Shown here: positions 10,267 through 18,369 of the stretch, one piece after another
Numbering within the stretch: the first letter of the stretch is position 1
How the letters are laid out: each line of letters begins with the position of its first letter
NCBI GenBank assembly: GCA_016184305.1
Contig: JACPCX010000025.1
Coordinates: forward strand, 1-22,666
From: Candidatus Rokuibacteriota bacterium
GTDB lineage: Bacteria; Methylomirabilota; Methylomirabilia; Rokubacteriales; CSP1-6
Length of the DNA: 22,666 bases
Direction: 5' to 3'
Notes under the pieces: generated by a model
Database searches by the model: none
Told to the model about the DNA's origin: nothing
Seen by the model: only the letters and a program-made list of their open reading frames with translations
Translations under genes and position numbers: made by a program

Positions 10267-11655
10267 ATGAGCGATGCGGCCACCGTGCTGGCGGGGCTCT
10301 GGCAGGCCGCCGGCTGCGCGCCGGAGGCGCTCGAGCGCCTCTCGCTGACGGGCCACGACCCCATCCTTCCCGGCCGCTTCAAGGTCGGGACGGCCGCGCT
10401 GGCGAGCATCGGCGCCTCTGCGCTGGCGGCGGCGGAGTGCTGGCGGTGGAGGACGGGGCGCGCGCAGCCGGTGAGCGTGGAGATTCGCGCCGCCGCGGCC
10501 GCCTTCCGCTCCGAGCGCTACCTGCGCGTGGACGGCCAGCCGCCCGCCGACCCCTGGAGCCCGCTCTCGGGCTTCTATCGCGCCGGCGACGGGCGGTGGA
10601 TGCAAATGCACTGCAACTTCCCCCATCATCGGGACGGTGTCCTCCGCGTCCTCGGCTGCGAGGCCTCCCGCGAGGCCGTGGGCGCCGCCATCCTCCGGTG
10701 GCAGGCAGCCGCCCTCGAGGACGCGCTCGCCGACGCCGGCATGTGCGCCGGCATGGTGCGCCCCGCCGGGGAGTGGGCCGCGCATCCACAGGCCCGCGCC
10801 GTCGCGAGCCTGCCGCTCCTGGAGATCGTCCGCATCGGCGACTCCCCGCCCGAGCCCTGGGGCGACGGGCAGCGGCCGCTCTCGGGCTTGCGGGTGCTGG
10901 ACCTCACGCGGGTCATCGCCGGCCCCGTCTGCGGGCGCACGCTGGCTGCGCATGGGGCCGAGGTGATGCTCGTCACCGCCGGCCATCTGCCGAGCATCCC
11001 GCTCCTGGTGATGGACACGGGGCGTGGGAAGCTCTCCGCGGCCCTGGATCTCCGGCGAGCCGAGGAGGTAGAGTGCCTGCGCCGCCTGGTCCGTGAGGCC
11101 GATGTGTTCTGCCAGGGGTATCGCCCCGGCGCGCTGGACGGCCGCGGCCTGTCGCCGGAGGAGGTGGCGGCGCTGCGGCCGGGCATCGTCTACGTCACCC
11201 TCAGCGCCTATGGTCAGGCCGGACCCTGGCGCGGGCGGCGCGGCTTCGACAGCCTCGTGCAATCGGTGAGCGGCATCGCCCACGAGGGCGGCGTCGCGGC
11301 GGGCCTCGACGGGCCGAGGCCCTTGCCGGCCCAGGCGCTGGACCATGCCACGGGCTATCTCGCCGCCTTCGGCGCGATGGTAGCGCTCCTGAGGCGCGCG
11401 CGGGAGGGCGGCAGCTACCTGGTGCGGCTCTCACTGGCCCGGACGGGGCGCTGGATCGACGCCCTCGGCCGGGTGGACGGGGCCCTCGCGCGCGATCTCA
11501 GGCCCGAGGACGTGGCCGATCTCATGGAGCCGAGCGACACGCCCTTCGGGCTCATGCAGGCCGTGGCGCCGGCCGAGCATCTCGCGGAGACTCCCGCCCG
11601 CTGGGCCCGGCCCGCGGTGCCGCTGGGCACCCACGAGGCAACCTGGCGTGTCTGA
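10267..11655 (+). CDS. CaiB/BaiF family III CoA-transferase (two-repeat type)
   Basis: PLSGLRVLDLTRVIAGP, GYRPGAL, RRGFDSLVQ and QALDHATGY motifs. Confidence 0.9.
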   Translation: MSDAATVLAGLWQAAGCAPEALERLSLTGHDPILPGRFKVGTAALASIGASALAAAECWRWRTGRAQPVSVEIRAAAAAFRSERYLRVDGQPPADPWSPLSGFYRAGDGRWMQMHCNFPHHRDGVLRVLGCEASREAVGAAILRWQAAALEDALADAGMCAGMVRPAGEWAAHPQARAVASLPLLEIVRIGDSPPEPWGDGQRPLSGLRVLDLTRVIAGPVCGRTLAAHGAEVMLVTAGHLPSIPLLVMDTGRGKLSAALDLRRAEEVECLRRLVREADVFCQGYRPGALDGRGLSPEEVAALRPGIVYVTLSAYGQAGPWRGRRGFDSLVQSVSGIAHEGGVAAGLDGPRPLPAQALDHATGYLAAFGAMVALLRRAREGGSYLVRLSLARTGRWIDALGRVDGALARDLRPEDVADLMEPSDTPFGLMQAVAPAEHLAETPARWARPAVPLGTHEATWRV

Positions 11656-11711
11656 CAGGGCGCTGAAAAAGACCCATCTGCATCGTCCCCCTCACCTGGC
11701 TCGGCTGGCTC
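11656..11711. repeat. Degenerate partial copy of the 312-503 element
   Basis: GGGCGCTGAAAAAGACCCATCTGC resembles the left arm, and TCCCCTCACCTGGCTCGGCT resembles the inner TCCCCTCGCCTCCGGCTCGGCT. Also starts right after a stop codon. Confidence 0.6.
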
Positions 11712-11823
11712 CAGCCCTTCTTCGTCCTGTCCAGCATCGGCCAGGTGATGTTCTGCCCTGTCATGCTGCGGAACCTTCTGGCGGCTCGCAGGGTCTGACG
11801 CTAGACTGCCTCCAAGGTTGGCG

Positions 11824-12897
11824 ATGCCCGTGGACGCGTCCGCTTCCAAGATCCTGATCGTCGACGACGAGCCGGACATCGTCGCCTACCTCGAGCAGCT
11901 GCTGGCCGCTCTCGGCTACGCGACACTGTCGGCAGGGAACGGCAAGGAGGCCCTCGAGAAGGTGGCCGCCGAGTCGCCGGACCTCATCCTCATGGACGTC
12001 ATGATGCCCGTCATGGACGGCATCACGGCCTGCGCCGCCCTCAAGGGGAAGGATGCGACGCGCCTCACCCCCATCGTCATCATGACCGCGCTCGGCAGCA
12101 TGGAGGACCGCGTTCGCGGGATCGAGGCGGGCGCCGACGACTTCCTGATCAAGCCCGTGGACAACCGCGAGCTCATGGCGCGGATCCAGACCGCGCTCAA
12201 GCTCAAGCACGCGGTGGACCGCAAGCTACGCGAGCTGCACCGGATCCGGGATCACTTCTCCAAGTTCGTGCCCGAGGCCGTGCGCCGCCTCATCGCCGCC
12301 AACCCCGAGGCGCCGGCGCTCGCCAAGCGCGAGCGGGATGTCTCGATCCTCTTCCTCGACATCACCGGGTACGCGCGGCTCAGCGAGGAGCTTCGGCCCG
12401 AGGCGCTCAACGCCCTGGTGGAGCGTTACTTCTCGACCTTCCTCGACCGGATCCAGGCCGCCGCCGGCGACATCACGGAGACGGCGGGCGACGGCTTCAT
12501 GGCCGTCTTCCAGGAGGGCGCTGCCGAGACCCATGCGCGGCGGGCCGCGGAGACGGCGCTGGGGCTCCTGGCCGTGACGGAGACCCTCAACCAGCGGGCG
12601 CCCCACCGGCCCCTCGGCATCCACATGGGGATCAATTCCGGCAGCGCGTGGGTCGGCTCCACCCGCTTCGAGGGGTCGCGCGGCAGGCGCTGGACCTTCA
12701 CCGCCAGCGGTCCCGTCACCAATCTGGCCGCGCGCCTGGCGGAGGTGTCCCGGGACGGCGAGATCCTCGTCGGACCGGAGACGGCCCGTCGCCTCGGCGA
12801 CGGGTACCGTATCGAGAAGGTGACGCGGGGACGCCTGAAGAACATCTCGGACGACGTCGAGCATCACCGCCTCGTCGGCCCTGCCGACCCCCGTTGA
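11824..12897 (+). CDS. Response regulator receiver + class III nucleotide cyclase
   Basis: REC: ILIVDD, LILMDVMMP, FLIKP. Cyclase: LFLDITGY, ETAGDGFMAVF, GIHMGINSG, GPVTNLAARL. Confidence 0.92.
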   Translation: MPVDASASKILIVDDEPDIVAYLEQLLAALGYATLSAGNGKEALEKVAAESPDLILMDVMMPVMDGITACAALKGKDATRLTPIVIMTALGSMEDRVRGIEAGADDFLIKPVDNRELMARIQTALKLKHAVDRKLRELHRIRDHFSKFVPEAVRRLIAANPEAPALAKRERDVSILFLDITGYARLSEELRPEALNALVERYFSTFLDRIQAAAGDITETAGDGFMAVFQEGAAETHARRAAETALGLLAVTETLNQRAPHRPLGIHMGINSGSAWVGSTRFEGSRGRRWTFTASGPVTNLAARLAEVSRDGEILVGPETARRLGDGYRIEKVTRGRLKNISDDVEHHRLVGPADPR

Positions 12898-12937
12898 GCG
12901 GGAACCAGGAGCGCCCCGCCCTTTCCGCTTCCACCAG

Positions 12938-13090
12938 CAAGAAGCGCAACCCCGTCGTGGAGTTCGTGCTCTATCCGGGCGCGCCGCACGCCTTCTGCTC
13001 TGACGACCGGCCGCAGACGTACAGGAAGGAGGCGGCCGAGGACGCCTGGAAGCGCTGCGTCGCGTTCTTCACGAAGCACCTCCGCAGCGA
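12938..13090 (+). pseudogene. C-terminal remnant of a dienelactone hydrolase family gene
   Basis: KRNPVVEFVLYPGAPHAFCSDDRPQTYRKEAAEDAWKRCVAFFTKHL matches the DLH C-terminus (YPGA.HAF...Y...AA.DAW). No N-terminal part. Confidence 0.75.
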
Positions 13091-13254
13091 GCCCCCCGCC
13101 GGGGGCGCGGGCGGGGCGAAGTTTTTTCGCGGTCCGCTCCGCGCTGACATTCCTGAGAAGCCGGGTGGCGATTTTCGTCGCCCGGCGCCCACCCGAGCGC
13201 CGCGTCACCGTCCCGCGGGGCTCGCATCTTCGGGCACTTGGGCTCGCCCTCCGC

Positions 13255-13269
13255 TGGCACGGATGTTGC
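13255..13269 (+). promoter_or_regulatory. Sigma54 (-24/-12) promoter
   Basis: TGGCACG-GATG-TTGC matches the TGGCACG-N4-TTGC consensus, 21 nt upstream of ATG 13291. Confidence 0.75.
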
Positions 13270-13290
13270 CCCCTACGGAACCTCGAAGCC

Positions 13291-14277
13291 ATGAGGTACG
13301 ACATCCCGGGCGAGGCGGCGTTCGCGGGCCAGCGTGTCAGGCAGAAGATCTGCATCGCGCTCACCCTCTCCTCCGTGATCCCCATGCTGATCCTCACCTA
13401 CTCGCTCTACGCGCACATGCTGCCCTTCCTCGATCCCGTCACGCGCGCGCGTGACTTGCTGTGGTTCGAGGCGCTGCTCGTCTTCACGGGGCTGCTCATG
13501 ACGGCCGGCGGCTTCGTGATCTGGGACCTGGCGACCGCCGTGTCCCACGCCGCGGCGATGGTGACGGAGGCCAGCCAGGTCGAGGAGGGGGCGACGACGC
13601 GGTCCGATGAGGTCGGCACCCTGATGACCGCCTTCTCCCGCATGCTCGGCACCATCGAGCAGCAGGCGGGCGAGATCACCCTGTACGCGCAGCGGCTCGA
13701 GGGCGCCTACAAGGATCTGGAGCTCACCAGCGCCCGGCTCAAGGAGTTCTCCTTCAAGGACCAGGTGACGGGGCTGTACAACCGTCGCTTCTTCTCGGTC
13801 CGGCTCGACGAGGAGATCTCGCGGTACCGCCGGTTCAACCATCCGGTCGCGATGGTCATGCTGGGCCTGGACGGCTTCAAGACGATCACCGACGCGCTGG
13901 GCCACGGCGCCGGCGATGAGACGCTCCGGATCGTCGGCGACATCCTCACCAGGTACTCGCGTGGGATCACCGTGATCTGCCGCTACGGAGAAGACACGTT
14001 CGCGGTGCTCCTGGTGGAAACCTCCAAGACCGGCGCGGGCCTGTATGCCGAGCGGATCCGCCAGGTGCTCGCCGGCTATCCGTTCACCCACGGCCGGCGG
14101 CTCACGGCGAGCGTCGGCATTGCCTCGCTGCCCGAGGACGTGAGCCCCGCGGCCGACGAGCTGGTCCGCGCGGCCGACGAGGCGCTCCGCGCCGCCCAGC
14201 GAGCAGGCAAGCACCGCATCTGCCTGTACGAGGAGGCTCCGGGCCGCCTCGCGGGCTCGGAGGTCGCGCGCGCATGA
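13291..14277 (+). CDS. Two-TM, HAMP-like, degenerate GGDEF-domain protein
   Basis: Two hydrophobic helices, RSDEVGTL HAMP-like segment, DQVTGLYNRR and GHGAGD. Signature reads RYGEDTF. Confidence 0.88.
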   Translation: MRYDIPGEAAFAGQRVRQKICIALTLSSVIPMLILTYSLYAHMLPFLDPVTRARDLLWFEALLVFTGLLMTAGGFVIWDLATAVSHAAAMVTEASQVEEGATTRSDEVGTLMTAFSRMLGTIEQQAGEITLYAQRLEGAYKDLELTSARLKEFSFKDQVTGLYNRRFFSVRLDEEISRYRRFNHPVAMVMLGLDGFKTITDALGHGAGDETLRIVGDILTRYSRGITVICRYGEDTFAVLLVETSKTGAGLYAERIRQVLAGYPFTHGRRLTASVGIASLPEDVSPAADELVRAADEALRAAQRAGKHRICLYEEAPGRLAGSEVARA

Positions 14278-15214
14278 GCCATGATGGCCGGAACCCAGAG
14301 GTGTTGATCGTGGACGATGACCGGCACATCCGGACGGTCCTGGACGAGGTGTTTCGCGCCAGCGGCTACACCTGCCAGATGGCCACCAACGGCCAGGAGG
14401 GGCTCGCGACCTTCGACGCCGAGCGGCCGCCGCTCACGGTGACGGACATGAACATGCCCGTGATGGGCGGGCTCGATTTCCTGAAGCACGCCCGGGCCCT
14501 GGAGCCCGACGCGGCCATCCTGGTGCTGACCGGCATGGCCGACGTGGAGACCGCCGTCGAGAGCCTCAAGCACGGCGCCTACGACTTCATCATGAAGCCC
14601 GTGAACGTGGACAGGCTCCTGATCACCGCGGAGCGGGCGCTCGAGCGCCGCCAGCTCCACCTCGAGCGCCGGGAGTCCCGCGCCTTGCTCGAGCGGCGCG
14701 TGGCCGAGGCGACGCAGGACCTGGCGGCGACGCTCCGGGAGCTGGAGGAGACCTACCGGAGCACGCTCGAGGCGCTGGGCTCGGCCATCGACACCCGGGA
14801 TCTCGGCACCCAGGCCCACTCCCGCCGGGTGCGCGGCTACTCCCTGGCCATCGCCCGGTCCCACGGCATGCCCGGTCCCACCCCGAGGCGGGCCGCCAGA
14901 TCGTGGAGCAGATCCCCTTCCTGCGCGCAGCCGTGCCCGTGGTCTACCACCACCACGAGCGCTGGGACGGCACGGGCTACCCCCTGGGGCTCAAGGGGGA
15001 GGCCATCCCGCTGGCAGCGCGCATCTTCGCCGTGGCGGATGCCTTCGACGCCATGACCTTCGACCGGCCCTATTCTCGGGCTATCCCGCTCGCGGCCGCC
15101 CGGGCCGAGATCCAGCGCTGCGCCGGCTCCCACTTCGACCCCACCGCGGTCGAGACCTTCGCGGCCCTGCCGCTCGAGATCTTCGAGGAGATCCGCCGAC
15201 AGTCCATCGCGTGA
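14274..15214 (+). pseudogene. REC-HD-GYP c-di-GMP phosphodiesterase, frameshifted with the HD segment deleted
   Basis: REC domain and AHSRRV in frame 1. RSHPEAG...HHERWDGTGYP...ADAFDAMT in another frame from ~14873. The HDIGK region is absent. Confidence 0.85.
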
Positions 15215-15242
15215 GGGATGGGGCGCTGCCGCCGCAGGAATC

Positions 15243-15272
15243 TGGACTCGCGCCGCGTCCCTGGGGTAGGAT
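15243..15272 (+). promoter_or_regulatory. Putative sigma70 promoter giving a leaderless mRNA
   Basis: TGGACT, 18-bp spacer, TAGGAT (15267-15272). ATG 15279 lies at the expected +1. Confidence 0.45.
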
Positions 15273-15278
15273 GCCTTG

Positions 15279-15515
15279 ATGGCTCGCTACCTGTTCATCG
15301 TGGCGCGCGACCAGCCGGAGCTCGGCGCCCACCTTGCGCGCGAGTTCTCGGGCGAAGCCGGGGTCCACGTGGTGCTCGATCGGCGTTGCTCCGACCGCCG
15401 GCGGCGCGCCGCGCCCGAGGTTGCATCGGACCGGCGCCGGGCCGCCCGGCGCACCCGGGCCCCGATCCAGAACGAGCTCCAGAGGCTCAACTTCGCGCTC
15501 GTCACCGGGGACTGA
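15279..15515 (+). CDS. Small Arg-rich hypothetical protein with DRR repeats (78 aa)
   Basis: MARYLFIVARDQPEL...VVLDRRCSDRRRR...SDRRRAARR...NFALV. Fills the gap between HD-GYP and pilT, with host-like codon use. Confidence 0.75.
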   Translation: MARYLFIVARDQPELGAHLAREFSGEAGVHVVLDRRCSDRRRRAAPEVASDRRRAARRTRAPIQNELQRLNFALVTGD

Positions 15516-15580
15516 GGCGGCCGGTTCGCGGCGACCCGGGTCGGTTCCACGGCCCGCGCCGGCATTGGGAGGACCCCGCA

Positions 15581-16645
15581 GTGAAGGACATCGATCAGAT
15601 CCTCGAGACGGCCATCAAGAAGAACGCGACCGACATCCATCTCCAGGTTGGCCTGCCCCCGGTGTACCGCGTGCAGAAGAAGCTCGTGACGTTCGACGGC
15701 GAGAAGCTCTCGGGGGAGAGGATCCAGGAGCTCGTCTTCTCGATCATGACGGAGCAGCAGAAACGGAGCTTCCGCGAGAAGCTCGACTATGATTTCTCCT
15801 ACGGCATCCCGGGGCTGGCGCGGTTCAGGATCAACACGTTCATGCAGCGGGACTCGGTGGCGGCCGCGGTCCGGCGCATCCCCTACGACATCCCGCCGGT
15901 GGACAGCCTGGGGCTGCCGTCCGCGGTGCTGGAGCTGATCAAGCTCAAGCGGGGGTTCGTGCTCGTCACCGGAGCGACGGGCCAGGGCAAGTCCACCACG
16001 CTGGCGGCGCTGATCGACCGGATCAACCAGGAGCGCCAGCTCCACATCGTCACCCTCGAGGACCCCATCGAGTACCTCTTCCAGCACAAGAACAGCATCG
16101 TGGTCCAGCGGGAGCTGGGGACGGACACGGTGAGCTTCGCCAGCGCGCTGCGCGCCTGCCTCCGCGAGGACCCGGACGTGATCTTCGTGGGGGAGATGCG
16201 CGACTTCGAGACCATCGAGGCGGCGCTGACCGCGGCGGAGACCGGGCATCTCGTGTTCGCCACGCTGCACACCAAGACCCCGGCCCAGGGCATCGACCGC
16301 ATCGTGGACGTGTTCCCGCCCCATCAGCAGCAGCAGGTCAAGGTCCAGCTGGCCAATGTGCTGTACGGGATCATGACCCAGCAGCTCCTGGTGCGGAAGG
16401 ACGGCGAGGGGCTGGTCGTGGCCGTGGAGCTCCTGCTGGTCACGCCGGCCATCCGGAACCTGATCCGCGAGGGCAAGACCTTCCAGATCCAGTCGGTGAT
16501 CCAGACCGGGACCGGGCTGGGCATGCAGACCATGGAGCAGTCTCTCAAGGGTCTCCACGACAAGGGGCTCATCTCCTACGAGGATGCCATGGAGTACTGC
16601 TTCGACCCCAAGGAGCTGGCCCGCATCATGGGGAGACTCGCCTAG
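15581..16645 (+). CDS. pilT: Type IV pilus retraction ATPase PilT
   Basis: Walker A GATGQGKST, TLEDPIE, REDPDVIFVGEMRD, His box TLHT and AIRNLIRE. SD GGGAGG before GTG 15581. Confidence 0.95.
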   Translation: MKDIDQILETAIKKNATDIHLQVGLPPVYRVQKKLVTFDGEKLSGERIQELVFSIMTEQQKRSFREKLDYDFSYGIPGLARFRINTFMQRDSVAAAVRRIPYDIPPVDSLGLPSAVLELIKLKRGFVLVTGATGQGKSTTLAALIDRINQERQLHIVTLEDPIEYLFQHKNSIVVQRELGTDTVSFASALRACLREDPDVIFVGEMRDFETIEAALTAAETGHLVFATLHTKTPAQGIDRIVDVFPPHQQQQVKVQLANVLYGIMTQQLLVRKDGEGLVVAVELLLVTPAIRNLIREGKTFQIQSVIQTGTGLGMQTMEQSLKGLHDKGLISYEDAMEYCFDPKELARIMGRLA

Positions 16646-16647
16646 TC

Positions 16648-18369
16648 CTGACTCGACCGGGCCCCGCCCGCCGGCTTCTCGGGCTCCTTCCGCTCGCCGT
16701 CTGCCTCCTGAGCTTCCTCGCCTTCCTGCCCGCGCTCCAGGCAGGCTTCGTCAACTGGGACGATACGGCGAACCTCCTCAACAACCCGCAGTTCCGCGGC
16801 CTCGGCTGGCCGCAGCTGCGCTGGATGCTCACCTCGACCCTGATGGGGCACTACATCCCGCTGACGTGGCTGAGCCTCGGCGTGAACTACGCGCTGGGGG
16901 GGATGGTCCCGTGGGGCTACCATCTGGGAAACCTGCTCCTTCACGCGGCCAGCGCAGGAGTCTTCTACGTCGTGGCGCGTCGCCTTCTCGCCGCCGGCTT
17001 CGCCGCGCGTGATCTGTCCATCGCGCTCGGCGCCGCCCTCGCGGCCCTGGCGTTCGGGGTGCACCCGTTGCGGGCGGAGTCGGTGGCGTGGGTCACGGAG
17101 CGCCGGGACGTGCTGTGCGGGCTGTTCTACTTGCTCGCCGTGCTGGCCTATCTGCGAGGTGTCGAGGGCGGCGGGGCGATCCGGTCGGGATGGCGGGCGG
17201 CATCGCTCCTTGCCTTCGGGGCGGCGCTCCTGTCGAAGGCCATGGCGATGACCTTGCCCGCGACACTGCTGCTGCTCGACCTCTACCCGTTACGCCGGCA
17301 GGACCGCGGCTGGAAGAGGCTTCTCGGAGAGAAGGCGCCGTACGGGGCGCTGGCTCTCCTCGGGGCCGCCGCCGCCGTCGTGGCCCTCAGGCAGGGCGCC
17401 GCCGTGACGGGGTACGGCGAGTACGGGGCGGCGGCGCGCGTGGCCCTGGTCGGCTACAGCCTCTGGTTCTATCCCTGGGCGATGCTGTGGCCCGTGAGCC
17501 TCTCGCCGCTCTACGAGATCCCGGCATGGGTGAACCCGGGCGAGTGGCGCTTCCTGGGACCGACGCTCGGCGCCGTGCTGGTGACCGGCGTGCTGGTGGC
17601 GCTGAGGCGGCGCTGGCCTGCGGGGCTCGCCGCCTGGGCGCACTCGGCGATCGTGCTGGCCCCGGTGAGCGGGATCGTGCATGCGGGCTACCAGCTCGCG
17701 CACGACCGCTACAGCTACCTCTCGGGGCTCGGGTTCGCGACGCTCATGGGCGCCGGCCTCACATGGGTGGCTCGCGCGGGCCGCGCAGGCCGGGTCGCCG
17801 GCTGGATGCCGGGCGCGGTGACCGTCGCAGCCGTGCTCGTGGTGCTGGGCTGGGGGGCGGGAGCGTGGCGGCAGAGCCAGATCTGGCAGAGCTCGGAGCG
17901 TCTCTGGCAGGCCGCCCTGGAGGCCGACCCGGAGTGCGCCCTCTGCAACAACAACATGGGCGCGGCCATCATCCGGTCGGGCCGGACGGATCGGGCGCGG
18001 CTCCATCAGGCGGAGGCGCATTTCCGGTACGCGATCCTCCTGCGCCCGGAGCGGCCGGACCCGTATCACAATCTGGGCACGCTGCTCGCGGGCCAGAAGC
18101 GTTACCATGAGGCCGGGTGGGCCCTCCGGACCTACATGCGCCTGTCACCGGGGGCGCCTGACGGCCCCCTCCGGCTCGGGATGCTCTACCTGGACCAGGG
18201 GCGATACGCGGAGGCGGTCGTGTCTCTCGACGGAGCGCTCCGGCTGAAGGCGGACTACCCGGAAGCTCGTGCCGAGCGCGCGCGCGCGCTGGATGCCCTG
18301 CGCGCGACGGACCCGGCCCTGGCGGAGCGTCTCACGGATCGCCGCCGAGGAGAACCGCATGGACCCTGA
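16648..18369 (+). CDS. GT-C-type (TMTC/protein O-mannosyltransferase-like) membrane protein with C-terminal TPRs
   Basis: The frame upstream of the ORF-track ATG 16825 encodes TM1 and FVNWDD. It continues with HPLRAESVAWVTERRD, LLSK, DRYSY, many TM helices and TPR-like repeats. CTG 16648 start is inferred. Confidence 0.8.
   Translation: MTRPGPARRLLGLLPLAVCLLSFLAFLPALQAGFVNWDDTANLLNNPQFRGLGWPQLRWMLTSTLMGHYIPLTWLSLGVNYALGGMVPWGYHLGNLLLHAASAGVFYVVARRLLAAGFAARDLSIALGAALAALAFGVHPLRAESVAWVTERRDVLCGLFYLLAVLAYLRGVEGGGAIRSGWRAASLLAFGAALLSKAMAMTLPATLLLLDLYPLRRQDRGWKRLLGEKAPYGALALLGAAAAVVALRQGAAVTGYGEYGAAARVALVGYSLWFYPWAMLWPVSLSPLYEIPAWVNPGEWRFLGPTLGAVLVTGVLVALRRRWPAGLAAWAHSAIVLAPVSGIVHAGYQLAHDRYSYLSGLGFATLMGAGLTWVARAGRAGRVAGWMPGAVTVAAVLVVLGWGAGAWRQSQIWQSSERLWQAALEADPECALCNNNMGAAIIRSGRTDRARLHQAEAHFRYAILLRPERPDPYHNLGTLLAGQKRYHEAGWALRTYMRLSPGAPDGPLRLGMLYLDQGRYAEAVVSLDGALRLKADYPEARAERARALDALRATDPALAERLTDRRRGEPHGP

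Noticed and set aside
13090..13127. GC-rich stem plus T-tract as an intrinsic terminator
   Set aside because: The stem is imperfect and separated from the T-run, which is equally explained as the core of a GCGAA/TTCGC palindrome.
14860..14890. Programmed frameshifting to explain the split genes (also ~893 and ~20234)
   Set aside because: No slippery sequences, and conserved coding segments are missing, so recoding could not restore the proteins.
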